Shown here: piece by piece, positions 28,228-41,428 of the stretch
Layout of the letters: each line of letters starts with the position of its first letter
Numbering within the stretch: position 1 is the stretch's first letter
NCBI GenBank assembly: GCA_964016885.1
Contig: OZ024755.1
Span: 32,798,001 to 32,862,000 of the forward strand
From: Eledone cirrhosa
Lineage: Eukaryota
DNA length: 64,000 bases
Direction: 5' to 3'
Position numbers and translations under genes: made by a program
The notes under the pieces: generated by a model
Told to the model about the DNA's origin: nothing
Databases searched by the model: none
The model's input: the letters and a program-made list of their open reading frames with translations, nothing else

Positions 28228-29015
28228 AGTGGTGTTGGTGGTGGTGGTGGTGTTGGTGACAGTGGTGGTGGTGGTGTTGGTGGTGGTGGTGTTGGTGACA
28301 GTGGTGGGTGGTGGTGTTGGTGGTGACAGTGGTGGTGTAGGTGGTGTAGGTGGTGGTGGTGTAGGTGGTAGTGGTGGTGGTGTAGGTGGTGGTGGTGGTG
28401 TAGGTGGTGGTGTTGTTGTTGTTGTTGTTGTTGTTGGTGACAGTGGTGGGTGGTGTAGGTGGTGGTGGTGTTGGTGTAGGTGGTAGTGGTGGTGGTGTAG
28501 GTGGTGGTGGTGTTGGTGAGAGTGGTGGTGTTGGTGACAGTGGTTGTAGTGGTGGTTGTGTTGTTGGCGGTGGTGGTGTTGGTGGTGTTGGTGGTGGTGG
28601 TGGTATTGGTGATAGTAGTGGTGGTGGTGGTGTTGGTGATAGTAGTGGTGGTGGTGTTGGTGATAGTAGTGGTGGTGGTGGTGGTGGTGATAGTAGTGGT
28701 GGTGGTGGTGGTGGTGATAGTAGTGGTGGTGGTGGTGGTGTTGGTGATAGTAGTGGTGGTGCTGGTAGCAGTGGTATTGTTGCTGTTGATGGTGGTGGTG
28801 GTGGTAGTAATAAAAAACCTGCTGATATACACAGAGGTTAGTGAAGACAGCAGTGGTGACAGTGGACTTGGTAGGGGGCGGGGGCGGGGATATTAGGGAG
28901 AGAGAGAGATACAGATATTACAAAGAGAGAGAGAGAGAAAATTATATCAGGAAAGTGGACTTGCTAGAGAGCGGAGGGGGTGCAACAGAGAAACAGTGAG
29001 AGAGAGAGAGAGATT

Positions 29016-29048
<33 letters not shown>

Positions 29049-29137
29049 TTACAGAGAGAGAGAGAGAGAGAGATTACAGAGAGAGAGAGAGAGAGAGAGA
29101 TTACAGAGAGAGAGAGAGAGAGAGAGATTACAGAGAG

Positions 29138-29189
<52 letters not shown>

Positions 29190-29235
29190 GTGAGAGAGAG
29201 AGAGAGAGAGAGATTACAGAGAAACAGAGAGAGAG
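28228..29235. repeat. (GGT)n tract followed by (GA)n tract with gattaca interruptions
   Basis: direct inspection. Confidence 0.95.
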
Positions 29236-29412
29236 GGGGTGGGGGTGAGGTACACCAGGAGAATGGTTTCTGATATAGGCACAAGGCCAGCAATCTTAAG
29301 TGAGCGGAAAGTCGATTAAATCGAATACCCAGTACATTACTGGTACTTTATTTTATCGAACCCGTAAGGATGAAAGGCAAAGTTAACCTCGGCGGGATTT
29401 GAACTATGCCAA

Positions 29413-29443
<31 letters not shown>

Positions 29444-29604
29444 GAAAGTACCTATATGAGTACCAAAGTAGATGACTGGATGATAGAAGGAATAGGTGGA
29501 GGTGGAGGTGGGATGGGGAGGGGGCAGATATGCCATCATCATCATCATTGTCAACATCAATGTTGAGATTGTTATGGAAATTGTTGATGTTGATGGTCAA
29601 TATA

Positions 29605-30321
29605 TCTTAACTATAATAAAGGAAGGTCTGCCGGACTGCGTCCAGAATATATTTTCTTTACTCCGTTTGTAAAATAATTTGGATTACTTTGAATAAATAA
29701 TTGTTTCTACTTTTGGCACAAGGCCGGCAATTATCCCAGTACATTACTGGTACTTTATTTTATCGACCCCGTAAGGATGAAAGGCAAAGTTAACCTCGGC
29801 GGGATTTGAACTCAGATCGTAAAGGGACGTAACTATGCTGGAAAGCATGGCGTCCGACCCTCTACCGATACTGCCTAGAATAAATAATTGTTTCTACTTT
29901 AGGCACAAGGCCAGCAATTACCCAGTGCATTACTGGTACTGAATGAATATTACATAATTTATGTGCTAAATTTCGTGGCTGTTGATTAAATATATTTTAT
30001 AGCTTAATCTTTAAAATTCACTTCTTTAAAATTATCAAATGTCAACACTTCCGGTTAGCGGCCGTTATATTATAACACTTATAATCGCACATATTTCCGT
30101 CGCTAATTTTCTCCCAATGCAGTTTATATATAAGTCGTCTTTTTTTTTTAATATATCATGGATTACAGATTACAGAAGACAGTGTAACATAGGCTTTGTT
30201 CAATTTCTGTGTATATTGTCAATTACGATTTTATTTGATGTATCATATTTACATGTATATATATTTGTGTATAATATCACACGCTAGCAGAAAACTACCC
30301 GTAGGGTGGATTTTCTGCTAG
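29605..30321 (+). mobile_element. non-autonomous Helitron containing two SINE insertions
   Basis: A|TCTTAACTATAATAAAGG 5' end (sister at about 48388); 3' hairpin accc-gta-gggt then CTAG|T at 30318-30322. Confidence 0.55.
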
Positions 30322-30445
30322 TGATTCTAATAATTTACACCTCCATCTCTCCCTCCCTCCTAACACAAGTAATGCTTTCACATACAGACATATATAAGTA
30401 TATATGTAAAAATGTGTGTCAGGTATGTTGGGGGGTTGGTATAGA

Positions 30446-32123
30446 GATAGATAGATATGTTTCTTTATTAGCCACAGGGGCACAAAAGAAGGGGACAAAT
30501 ACAAAGGGGGAAGTTTACATACAATAAAAATGTGTGATAGATAGATAGATTTCTTTATTTACCATAAAGGCATAAAAAGAAGGGACAAATACAAAGGGGG
30601 AGTTTACATATAATCGAGTAAAAAGGGTGTAACATGAAAATAATCGAAAATAACCTCAAAAGGGAGGGGACGTGATGGGGGTTGCACACACCCCCGAAAA
30701 AGTGTGCAATCCTTTGCCCGGGGAGCACATGGAGAAGGTGCTCCCCTCTCCTTTACTTCTTTACCTACAGGATGGTATACAGAGAAGGCCCATTTACACG
30801 AGCCATTCTCGCCACTATCACCCACCTTTCATAAAACTGCCTGTGGCCAAGCACCTCTCTCTCCATTCTTATCCTCCTTCCGAAGTGATATCGGAAGAAG
30901 TAGACCAGACTATGGCCAGAGAGGAAGTTGCCTGACCTCAGACCTTTCAATCGTGTCCACCAAACAACCTCTTTCAACATGGCTATTACGCACAGAAAAA
31001 CCGCCTTTGCTTCCTTTGTGAAGAGGGGAGGCGGTTTGATTGTCATCACGGACTCGGCGGTCAATTTAATCGGCGCCACCCGCGACAGCAGTTGTTCGGC
31101 GTAGCCCCACAGATCAGCCACGCCCGGAAAATGTGTGATAGATAGATATATTTCTTTTATTTGCCACTAGGGCATCAAAAGTGGGACAAGTACAAAGGGG
31201 GGAGTTTACACAAAAAGGCGTCCTCAATAAGGAGGAGGCAATAACAAAATATAAAAATAAAATAAGATATAACAAAAAATAAAATTTTTAACAAAATCCT
31301 CAATAGAGAGGAGGCGCCTTGGGGGGTCGCACACACCCCCGAAAAAAGTGTGCAACCCTTCTCCTCAGGAGCACAGAGAAGGGGTGCTCCCTTGGTCTTT
31401 CATCTTCCTCACCTATAGTCTGATGTAGAGTGAAGGCCCATTCACACGGGCCATTCTCGCCACTTTCACCCATCTTTCATAGAAACGGCTGGGGTGCAGC
31501 ACCTCTCTCTCCATCCTGATCCTTCTTCCGAAATGATATCGGAAGAAACGGACCAGTTGTTGGCCAGAGAGAAAGGTGCCTGACCTCAGTCCTTTCAGAC
31601 GCGTCCACCATACTACCTCTTTCGCCATGGCTATTACGCACAGAAACACCGCCTCTGCTTCATCTTTGAAGGGGGGAGGCGGCTTGATCATTACAATAGA
31701 CTCGGTGGTCAACCGGATCGGTCCCACCCTTGACAGCAGTTGTTCGACATAGCCCCACAGATCGGCTACGCCCGAGCAGTGTACTAATGCGTGTGCAACG
31801 GTTTCCTCGTCGCACACGCATCTGGGACAGATCTTTTTGGCGGGGTCCCTACCCGGGCGCCCGTGTCTGTAGAGCCTTTCTCGAACGGGTAAAGCCCCTC
31901 GGTAGCACTGCCAGGCCAGGGACTTCTGGAAGTTGTCCATAGGTCCCGGGCTGAATGTCCTACCGAACAGGCTGGCCAGTTCGTCCTCCTCCATGTCTAG
32001 GGCTTCTCCGAGGGCGTCGTCGCACCTGCTGCGCACCAACCCTCTATAGAATGTTGCGGTGGAGTCTCCACTGATAACCGGATCCGCCTGCCAGAGGGCG
32101 GTGAGCGCCTGGGCACACTCAGT

Positions 32124-32159
<36 letters not shown>

Positions 32160-32900
32160 TCTTTCTTTATTTGCCACAGGGGCGTACAAAAATGGGACAT
32201 TACAAGACGTGACGGCGGGGGTTTTACATAAAAATAACTTTAACATTAATAAATAACAATAAACTATATATAATAAAATAACAACTGAAATCCCCAGTAG
32301 GAGAGAACGTTACTGCAGGGTTGTTTTTACACCCCGTGGATAGAACGACCCTCAACACCAGGAACACGTTTTGTAGGTGTTCCTGTCTTCCCTCTGTTTA
32401 TCTTCCTCAACCTGCAGGTTTATATACAGAGAAGACCCATTCACTCGGGCCATTTTCGTCACATTCACCCACCTTTCAGCGAATTTACTGCGGTGTAGCA
32501 CCTCTCTCTCCACTCTCACCTTCCTTCTGAAGTGGTACTTAAAGAAGGGGATAAGTTGTTGTCCAGAGATAGAGATAGATAGATAGATATCTTTATTTCT
32601 TTAGATATCTATCTAAGTAGGTAGATCAACAAAAAGCCCGCTCATTTTTAATTCCTGTCGTAATTTTCTGTGGAATTGCAAGTAAGCATGGTTCGAGCGA
32701 AAGGGCCAGCAGCCATAGAAAAGGGTATTTGCCTTATTGGTAACTGTCTCTTTGTGTTTCCGTACACTCACATTGCAGTGTCGCCACAGACACATAGATA
32801 ATTTTCTTTTTATTTGCCACCAGGGCATCAAAAGTGGGACAGGTACAATGGGGGGAGTTTACATAGCAAGGCGTCCTCAATATGGAGGAGGTAATAACAA
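30446..32900 (-). mobile_element. stack of five 5'-truncated Tx1-like LINE 3' ends separated by (GATA)n
   Basis: zf-RVT/CCHC motif WQCYRGALPVRERLYRHG..CPRCVCDEETVAHALVHC (31413-32120); repeated 3' ends tttatttgccac..ggg at about 30460, 30552, 31152, 32163, 32803. Confidence 0.85.
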
Positions 32901-33029
32901 AGTATAAAAATAAAATACAGGTAGATAGAATGACTATAAATGGGATCAGAGTAAGGGATAGTGCATAAAAAGGGTTCACGTTTTTACACACATACAGACA
33001 CACACATATATACATACATACATACATAC

Positions 33030-33342
33030 ATGGTGGCTGCCAACTCGTTTTCGAGTACGGCCACTACTTTATATCCATGTAGGGGAACCCCTACCGATGC
33101 GCTGAACGAGCCAGCGACTTGAAAACTCTGGTACAAACACTACACTTGTGACAATTATTGACACATAGTGCTGGGCCCACTGTACCATGTGACGACAAGT
33201 GCAGAGAGATCTCCAGATACAAAGCAATGCCTGTGCCGTGAAGCTTTTATAGTGAGCAAAGGCACTGCACAAAGCCAGTCCCACTCTCTTAACCAAGATG
33301 ATATTTACCAAAAAGAAGAACAAGTCAACATCATTGGATACC
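33030..33342 (-). mobile_element. LINE 3' end (C2H2 family) flanked by catacatacat
   Basis: near-identical to 23322-23650, with a small deletion in the finger. Confidence 0.7.
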
Positions 33343-33354
33343 ATACATACATGC

Positions 33355-33830
33355 ATACAAAATTAACAACAAACGAGGAAGAATATATTGAGACAGATGG
33401 CACTAAAGAATACTGGTGGAACTTGAAAATAAAAACTACTACCAAATTAAAGCACAACCGGCCTGATATTGTTGTTTGGGACCACACATTGAAAACGTGT
33501 TCTGTTGTGGAGATCAGCTGCCCACTTGTGTAAACGTTGTCAGAAAAATACAGGAGAAGGATGACATCTACGGACCATTGGTGAGGAGTTTACAAATCCA
33601 GTATCCAAGATACACCTTTAACTTCATACCTATCATTATTGGAGCTACGGGTTATATACCAACCCGCTTGGACCAAAGTATGACTGAACTTGGATTTGCG
33701 GACAAAGAGCGCAGCTCCCTAATTCATAGTCTACAAATGGCTGCGATAGCTGGCACCTTCAAAATTTGCAAAACATTCTTGCGATTCAAGGGATGACAAA
33801 AAAATGGCCGGCCAAAAAAAAAAAATACTC
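33355..33830 (+). mobile_element. R4/Dong-like non-LTR retrotransposon 3' end (RLE domain)
   Basis: EYWWN..KHNRPDIVVWD..VVEISCP..EKDDIY..IPIIIGATG..GTFKICKTF, followed by a poly-A run. Confidence 0.8.
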
Positions 33831-33983
33831 GAAATTAAGAGAAAGAGATAACATATATATATATATATATAAAATATTAAACAAATAATGAATAAACAAT
33901 TCCTTATATTAAACAAAAAAAGTTCATTATTTAACGATCGTTTCTAGGATATATATGTGTTAGAGTTGGCATGCATATTCAAC

Positions 33984-34014
<31 letters not shown>

Positions 34015-34075
34015 TATACATATATATATACATATATATATATATATACATATATATATACATATATATATATAC

Positions 34076-34148
<73 letters not shown>

Positions 34149-34175
34149 CACATATATATACATATACATATATAC

Positions 34176-34258
<83 letters not shown>

Positions 34259-34259
34259 T

Positions 34260-34290
<31 letters not shown>

Positions 34291-34441
34291 TACACATATA
34301 TATACATATATATATATATATATACATATATGTATATATATATACACATACATATATATATATATACACACATATATATATATATACACATACATATATA
34401 TATATACACATACATATATATACACATACATATATATATAT

Positions 34442-34500
<59 letters not shown>
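33984..34500. repeat. long (TA)n/(TACA)n microsatellite
   Basis: direct inspection. Confidence 0.97.
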
Positions 34501-34541
34501 AATATGAGAATAAACGTGCTGCGTGGTTGCAAATGGGTTAC

Positions 34542-34665
34542 ATATGAATAAAGTTAGTCCTTCATCAGTGATCTTCCAACCATCATCGGTATTTCATCGC
34601 TTTAAAGCGATGAAATACCGATGATGGTTGGAAGATCACTGATGAAGGACTAACTTTATTCATAT
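34542..34665. other. perfect 124-bp palindrome carrying CTGATGA
   Basis: centre TTTAAA at 34601-34606; non-inverted sister at 35380-35510. Confidence 0.9.
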
Positions 34666-34676
34666 ATATATATATA

Positions 34677-35012
34677 TAATATAAGATCAAAAGATGGTTA
34701 AAGGAGTTCCATGTATTTTATTATGCGCATTTCAAAAACAAACATCATCATGCAATAATATTTGTGTTTTCATCAGATAAAACAGGAGAACATGATATGA
34801 AGGCTAAAAAACACTTGTGGATAGTGCAGTTTTAAATCAACATATATGTTGATTTAAAACTGCACTATACACAAGTGTTTTTTAGCCTTCATATCATGTT
34901 CTCCTGTTTTATCTGATGAAAACACAAATATTATTGCATGATGATGTTTGTTTTTGAAATGCGCATAATAAAATACATGGAACTCCTTTAACCATCTTTT
35001 GATCTTATATTA
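34677..35012. ncRNA. 336-bp near-perfect palindrome with two divergent type I hammerheads (34714-34784 minus, 34905-34975 plus)
   Basis: tgttttat-CTGATGA-aaacacaaat..gtttgttttt-GAAA-tgcgca-TA-ataaaata; centre 34844/34845. Confidence 0.8.
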
Positions 35013-35336
35013 TGTATACTCCAGTCCTACAAACTGTAGAGTGCTTCTTATCCGATATCTGCATTGCTTTATTGTACTACAATAAAACTCACCTCCTACA
35101 TATATATACAAATAAAGATTCAGCGAGAATCGCATTTCGGCGGGCAGGAAAGGCGAAGCGAAACGCAAAAATCAGAAATGATACTGGCAAAGTGCTCAAT
35201 AGTTAAAAACCAGAGCTAAACAATGTGTTAAGAAGCCATACAAAACTGAAAAGGTGGTCAAGAAGGCATTAACCACCCAAGCCAAAAACCAAATCAAGCT
35301 AAACAGGTCAAAACAAAATAAATGATAAAAAATAAA

Positions 35337-35385
<49 letters not shown>

Positions 35386-35441
35386 GAGAATAAAGAAGAA
35401 TACTGCGTGGTTGCACATGGGTTACATATGATAAAAATAGT

Positions 35442-35506
35442 CCTTCGTCAGTGATTTTCCAACCATCATTGGTATTTCATCGCATTAAAAAATCATATAT
35501 CTCAGG
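35442..35506 (-). ncRNA. type II-like hammerhead candidate with GAAA nested in loop I
   Basis: cct-GAGA-ta-TA-tgatttt..GAAAtacc..aaaatca-CTGACGA-agg. Confidence 0.5.
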
Positions 35507-35591
35507 TTGGTATATACACACATATACCTATAACATATTCATTTATTGTGGATGGTCACATTCTGTACATGAAAGAGCCTTTATCCAACAA

Positions 35592-35623
<32 letters not shown>

Positions 35624-35690
35624 GTTATTCCGGGTTGAATCGGAGGTAACCACAGTAAGTAAGGTACTCAATACATAGCAGAGTATAAAA

Positions 35691-35771
35691 GTTTTAATAT
35701 AGATGAGATTTTACAGGACTAGAAATGTTTCATTCATTAGAAATCATCAGGAATCTCATCTATATTAAAAC
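35691..35771 (-). ncRNA. type I hammerhead ribozyme with 20-bp stem I
   Basis: gttttaatatagatgagatt-c-CTGATGA-tttctaatgaat-GAAA-ca..tg-TA-a-aatctcatctatattaaaac; truncated sister at 61439-61493. Confidence 0.8.
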
Positions 35772-36042
35772 TATATATATATATATATATATATATTTAA
35801 AAAAATATAAAAATGCATATATAGAATTATCTTAATGTGTATATAGCGTTTGTTAATGTATTGACTGCATAAAACTGTGTATTATAAATGGCTGAATGCA
35901 CAAGGAAAAAGATATTAATATTTTGGCTGTATATATATATTGTATATATATATATATTGTATATATATATATATATAGTTGACTTTATATAAAGGATACC
36001 TTTATATATCAATGCATAAAGTGTATGTTTAATATATTTATA

Positions 36043-36226
36043 ATTGTTTATACTTTTGGCACAAGACCAGCAATTACCCCAGTGCATTACCGGTACTTTA
36101 TTTTATCGGCCTCGTAAGGATGAAAGGCAAAGTTAACCTCGGCGGGATTTGAACTCAGAATAGCAAGGGCCGTAACTCTGTGCTGGAAAGCATGGCGTCC
36201 GACCCTCTACCGATACTCCCAATCCA
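36043..36226 (-). mobile_element. tRNA-derived SINE
   Basis: same family as 22023-22203. Confidence 0.85.
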
Positions 36227-36404
36227 TTATATATATATAATAGTATCTTTCAATTTTGCTCTATGTAAATGTATATAAGTACACCTGGGAGTATAACGCA
36301 TATAACATTGTTATATAATAGTACATGTGTATATAAGTGAAGCTTTATATGTTGTCTATATAAGGAAAACAAATTAAGGGCTCATAAATAATTTTATTGT
36401 TGCC

Positions 36405-36552
36405 TCTGTATATATATCTAAATTTGAGTGACTTCCGTCCGTTTGTCACACAATGTGTGTGCGTGTTTGTGTGGATGTATGTGTGCGTAAAAGGAAGGAA
36501 GGGATGATGAAAAGCTATAGCAAAAACAGCGGCCGGCGTTTCATTTGTTACG

Positions 36553-36644
<92 letters not shown>

Positions 36645-36904
36645 CTATGAGAGTTTACCGGCGTTCCATTTGCTACGCTGTGTGTGAGTATGAGTTTATG
36701 AGTATGTTTGTGTAAATATATGTGTGTGTGTGTTTGCGCGTTTATATTTATATACTCATACATATAAATGTATGCATATGCACACACACACACACACACA
36801 CACACATGTACACATATGCACACACACATGTACACATACACACACATGTACACATACACACACACATGTACACATACGCGTCAGCGTGTTGGAAAACATT
36901 CTAG
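36405..36904 (+). mobile_element. non-autonomous Helitron-like element with internal (TG)n
   Basis: 5' tctgtatatatatctaaa; 3' acgc-gtca-gcgt hairpin then CTAG|T at 36901-36905. Confidence 0.4.
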
Positions 36905-38059
36905 TATATATTCCGCTATAAGGTTTAGTATCACCCGCCTCATCAACTTCATATGTGGTTACTTTGACTGGCTTTGGCATGGCCGTCGTGTGGTAATGCT
37001 CAATGTATCTTCACTTTGTCAACGATATTGAGTAAATTTATAGAAGCAAGATGTCTGAGTGAATGAATTAAGATATCATTAGATTACCATCTCATACAAC
37101 AGGAGTTTTATCCTATTGCTGCTGTTTCGAATCATTTAATCAAGCCGTCAAACGAATGTACTGGATCATCTAAGGCTTTTATCTGTATCTCTTCTATTTA
37201 ACACCAATATCGGTCGCTCTCCGACAGGTTTAAAGTCGACCACCCACCCCCCAGCAGATCACACATTTATAAGGTGGGGTATGTGTGTGTGACTATGAAT
37301 GATTGTATCTACTACAAACATTAATACTTCTCCTTATCGGCCTCGGAGGGAGAGAACGAAAAGCAAAGTCGACGTCTGTAGCATTTGTACTCAGAAAGTA
37401 AATGAAGTGGACTTCCGTCATTTATAACGATGAATGTTCCAGTTGTTCGAACAACAGAACCTCCTGCTCGTGAAATTAAACGTGTTAGTGCCTGAGCATT
37501 CTACAAAAACGCTCACTCATAACAAAGTTCTCAGGAAAATTTTGCGTTACAAAGCTAGCCCGTTGAATTACAAGTACATCTAATTCATTTTTGCCAGCTG
37601 AGAGGACTGGAGCAACATAAGGATAAAGTGTCTTGTTCAAGGACCGCTCACACATAACAAAGTTCTCAGGAAGATTTTGCTTTACAAAGTATGTTGTGAC
37701 AAGGCTTAGCCCGTTGACTTATAAGTACAACTAATTAATTTTTGCCAGCTGAGTGGACAGGAACAACATAAAGATAAAGTGACTTGCTCAAGGACACAAT
37801 GTCTTGCTAGGAATCGAACCCATCACCTTACGATCATTTCCCGTAGTGGATTCGATTAAAACGCAGAACAGTAAACACTTTCAATGCAGTAAATGGATGA
37901 AGTACTAGATCTATTGAACATAAACAAAGAACAGGTAAAGTGTGCATTGTATGAACCAAATACATATCATCTATAGAATAAATGAACAGATTATTAAAAT
38001 ATTAATACAACCGGACAAAAAACATACAGTGTATACAATCGCAAACAAACACATGGAGC

Positions 38060-38300
38060 CCTGCGAGGTTGGGTGGCTGTTGCAGCGGGTGTGAGTCTCG
38101 CGAGTTGGAATGTCTCTTCCAGCGCATCTCCCTTACCATCCTCCGGGGAAACGCCTTCTCCATTCTGTCCGCCGGGGCTGTGGGGAGGCCAGCACAAGGG
38201 ACCCCATTTGCTCACCATACAGAGAGATGGGGAGGGCGAGAGAGATGGAGGCGATGATGACAGTGGGATTTCGGCTCTTCTACGTTCGGACCTTATCCTT
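38060..38300 (+). mobile_element. CRE-clade 3' remnant plus 3' UTR
   Basis: ESRELECLFQRISLTILRGNAFSIL; UTR homologous to 55550-55670 (minus). Confidence 0.7.
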
Positions 38301-38492
38301 GTGGTTGTGGTCACTGGCCATTGTCCACGGGAATAAGCCCTTCTGCGCCCATGCCTTAAGCCCAAATCCCAATCACCCTACCCCTCACCTATCCCCTTCC
38401 CGTTATTTTTTTCTTTTTCTCTTTTTTCTCTATATTTTCCTATTATTTTTTTGCTTTCGTTTCCTTTTTTCCCTTTTATTATTGTTGTCATT

Positions 38493-38880
38493 GTGGATTG
38501 GCAGTATCGGTAGAGGGTAGGACGCCATGCTTTGACGCAAAGAGTTACGGCCCTTGCCATTCTGAGTTCAAATCCCGCCGAGGTTAACTTTGCCTTTCAT
38601 CCTTACGGGGTCGATAAAATAAAGTACCAGTAATACACTGGGATAATTGCTGGCCTTGTGCCTAAAGTAGAAACAATTATTACCGTAAATGGCGCTGGAT
38701 TGGCAGTATCGGTAGAGAGTCGGACGCGATGCTTTGCAGCATAGAGTTACGGCCCTTTATGATCTGAGTTCAAATCCCGCCGAGGTTAACTTTACCTTTT
38801 AGCCTTACGGGCTCGATAAAATAAAGTACCAGCAATACACTGGGGAAATGGCAGGTCTCGTGCCAAATGTAGAAATAATA
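38493..38880 (+). mobile_element. two tandem tRNA-derived SINEs
   Basis: heads at about 38493 and 38690, each with GAGTTCAAATCCCGCC. Confidence 0.85.
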
Positions 38881-39201
38881 ATAATTATTATTATTATTAC
38901 TATAAATAAAAGATAAACATAGACATTAAAAAAACCCACTAGAATTCGCTCATGTCCCCTTCACAAAATACCTGTTTATTTATTTATTTATTTATTCATC
39001 TAATCAATTTAACCGTCCGTATAGAGCTAGTAAGCCATTACAGACCAGTAAAGGTATCTAATACACTTTACAATTAAGAATCAAAACAAGACAGAAAAAG
39101 AGGGAGATGGAATGTACCGACTGTGTTGTTATTTCTGTTTACCTTTTACATACACACACACACACATACATACATATACTACACACACACACACATATAC
39201 T

Positions 39202-39236
<35 letters not shown>

Positions 39237-39370
39237 ACGAAGGAAATGTGGTAAGGAACCAGATGGACTATAACGCATCAAAGTACTCAATACTTAGGGT
39301 AGTAGAGTGGGTAACAGGAACGAGTAGGACCCCGACGGCTGAGCTCAAGCCGTTTGGGGTCCTACTCGTT

Positions 39371-39426
<56 letters not shown>

Positions 39427-40069
39427 TTTCTCCATCTTTCTATACATCTATATATATTACTACAGATTAAATTTTAAGCGAAGAATTTTTTTTTATAATT
39501 ACACTCCTTATCGAGCCCTCTTCGGATTTTCTTTTATAAACTTTGTTTTCTAAATCTGAGTGTCCACCATTACCAACTAGGAGGCCGTGCCCTTCAGAAG
39601 CAAATCCCACAACGTAAAGAGTATATCACTACAGTGTAATGGGGAAAGATTTACAAGTACGACACACACGGCATGGGTCTTGTCTTTCTACCTATTCGGA
39701 CGAAGCTCGTTGATAAAGTAACTCCAGTCCTCCGGCATCTGTAAGTCTTATATTTTTATATGAGCTGATAGATGACGGTTTAAGGATTTACAGAAACCCA
39801 AGAAGCTAGATATTCCATCTCTCTAGTGGGTCCGGGTATGCATTTTACATTCATTTCATTTATTGATTTATTGATAATTTATCTGAGTGTCCCGAATCTT
39901 CCATATCGAACTTATCGGTTATTTGGTTGATTGTAGACATATTCTACGTGTGACGGTATTTAACGATAGTTATAGCTCTAATTTATTTGAATTATAGAGC
40001 CCTCTGCCGCTCATCTCGAATTTTGTTTATCGTTAACTCGTGCGCCGATTTTTCGATACTCGATTATTC

Positions 40070-40100
<31 letters not shown>

Positions 40101-40255
40101 CTCTTCAATATAGACTACCCTTCGTGGTAAGGTCCGTACCGTAGATAGAAGTCTATGTTCCGATGACGACGGTCTGATCGAACCTATATAAGAAGTCTGA
40201 TAGTATACAATTACATACATACATACATACATACATATGACGGCATTTCACTGTG

Positions 40256-40309
<54 letters not shown>

Positions 40310-40633
40310 ATATATTATGGAATACAGTTGGCTTTTCGCTACAATGTTTTCTATACCTTTCATTTATATATATTATATATATATATATATTATGGAATAC
40401 AGTTGGCTTTTCGCTACAATGTTTTCTATACCTTTCATTTATATATATTATATATATATATATTATATATATATATATATAAATTTTGAGTATATGTTGG
40501 TTGTTTACCGACACCTCAGTATCCAGTTCCTAAGAGAAATAACAACACTACCAGGAGCTGGACATATCGATGTATTGACGGAGTAAAACACACCTCAACA
40601 ACATGTGTACCTGTCTTTCCCACACCAATTCGG

Positions 40634-40688
40634 ACTGCCTGAAGAGGTCACAGCCAATGATGGCTGTCACCGAAATATATATAGCAGT
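40634..40688 (+). ncRNA. type I hammerhead ribozyme
   Basis: actgc-CTGAAGA-ggtcacagcc-aatgat-ggctgtcacc-GAAA-tatata-TA-gcagt; AATAAA at about 40704 then (TA)n. Confidence 0.85.
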
Positions 40689-40739
40689 ATATCTATAATT
40701 TGTAATAAACGAAGCCAAATTTTACATATTTGACTTAAT

Positions 40740-40802
<63 letters not shown>

Positions 40803-40988
40803 TAAACGGAATAGAAAATGCTGACAAATTGTTCACAGTTGAAAAATGGTTTAATTAGGAATAAAAGAGTATTAGTGATTGTATGGGTTAGTATTCAGTT
40901 GTGGTTTTAAGTTTTTAAGTTTTTACCGGTTGCGCATTTCTAAATGCTTTTCAAAAATAATTTTGAGATAGAGTGTCCGTGCTGTTTG

Positions 40989-41028
<40 letters not shown>

Positions 41029-41240
41029 TATATATATATATGTGTATATGTGTGTGTATGTACGTGTGTATATATGTATGATTGTGTGCATGTATGTATG
41101 TGTATGTATATATATATATGTATGTCTATGTATATATATATATATGTATATATATGTATGTGTGTGTATATATGTATATATATATTTATATATATATGTA
41201 TAATTCTAACATGTGTGTATATATATATATATGTTAGAAT

Positions 41241-41428
41241 TAATTGTTTCTACTTTAGGCACAAGGCCAGCAATTACCCAGTGCATTACTGGTACTTTAT
41301 TTTATCGACTCCGTAAGGATGAAAAGCAAAGTCAACCTCGGCGGGATTTGAACTCAGATCGTAAAGGGACGTAACTATGCTGGAAAGCATGGCGTCCGAC
41401 CCTCTACCGATACTGCCAATCCACCGCC
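41241..41428 (-). mobile_element. tRNA-derived SINE with TSD tatgttagaattaat
   Basis: family match plus flanking direct repeat. Confidence 0.88.
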
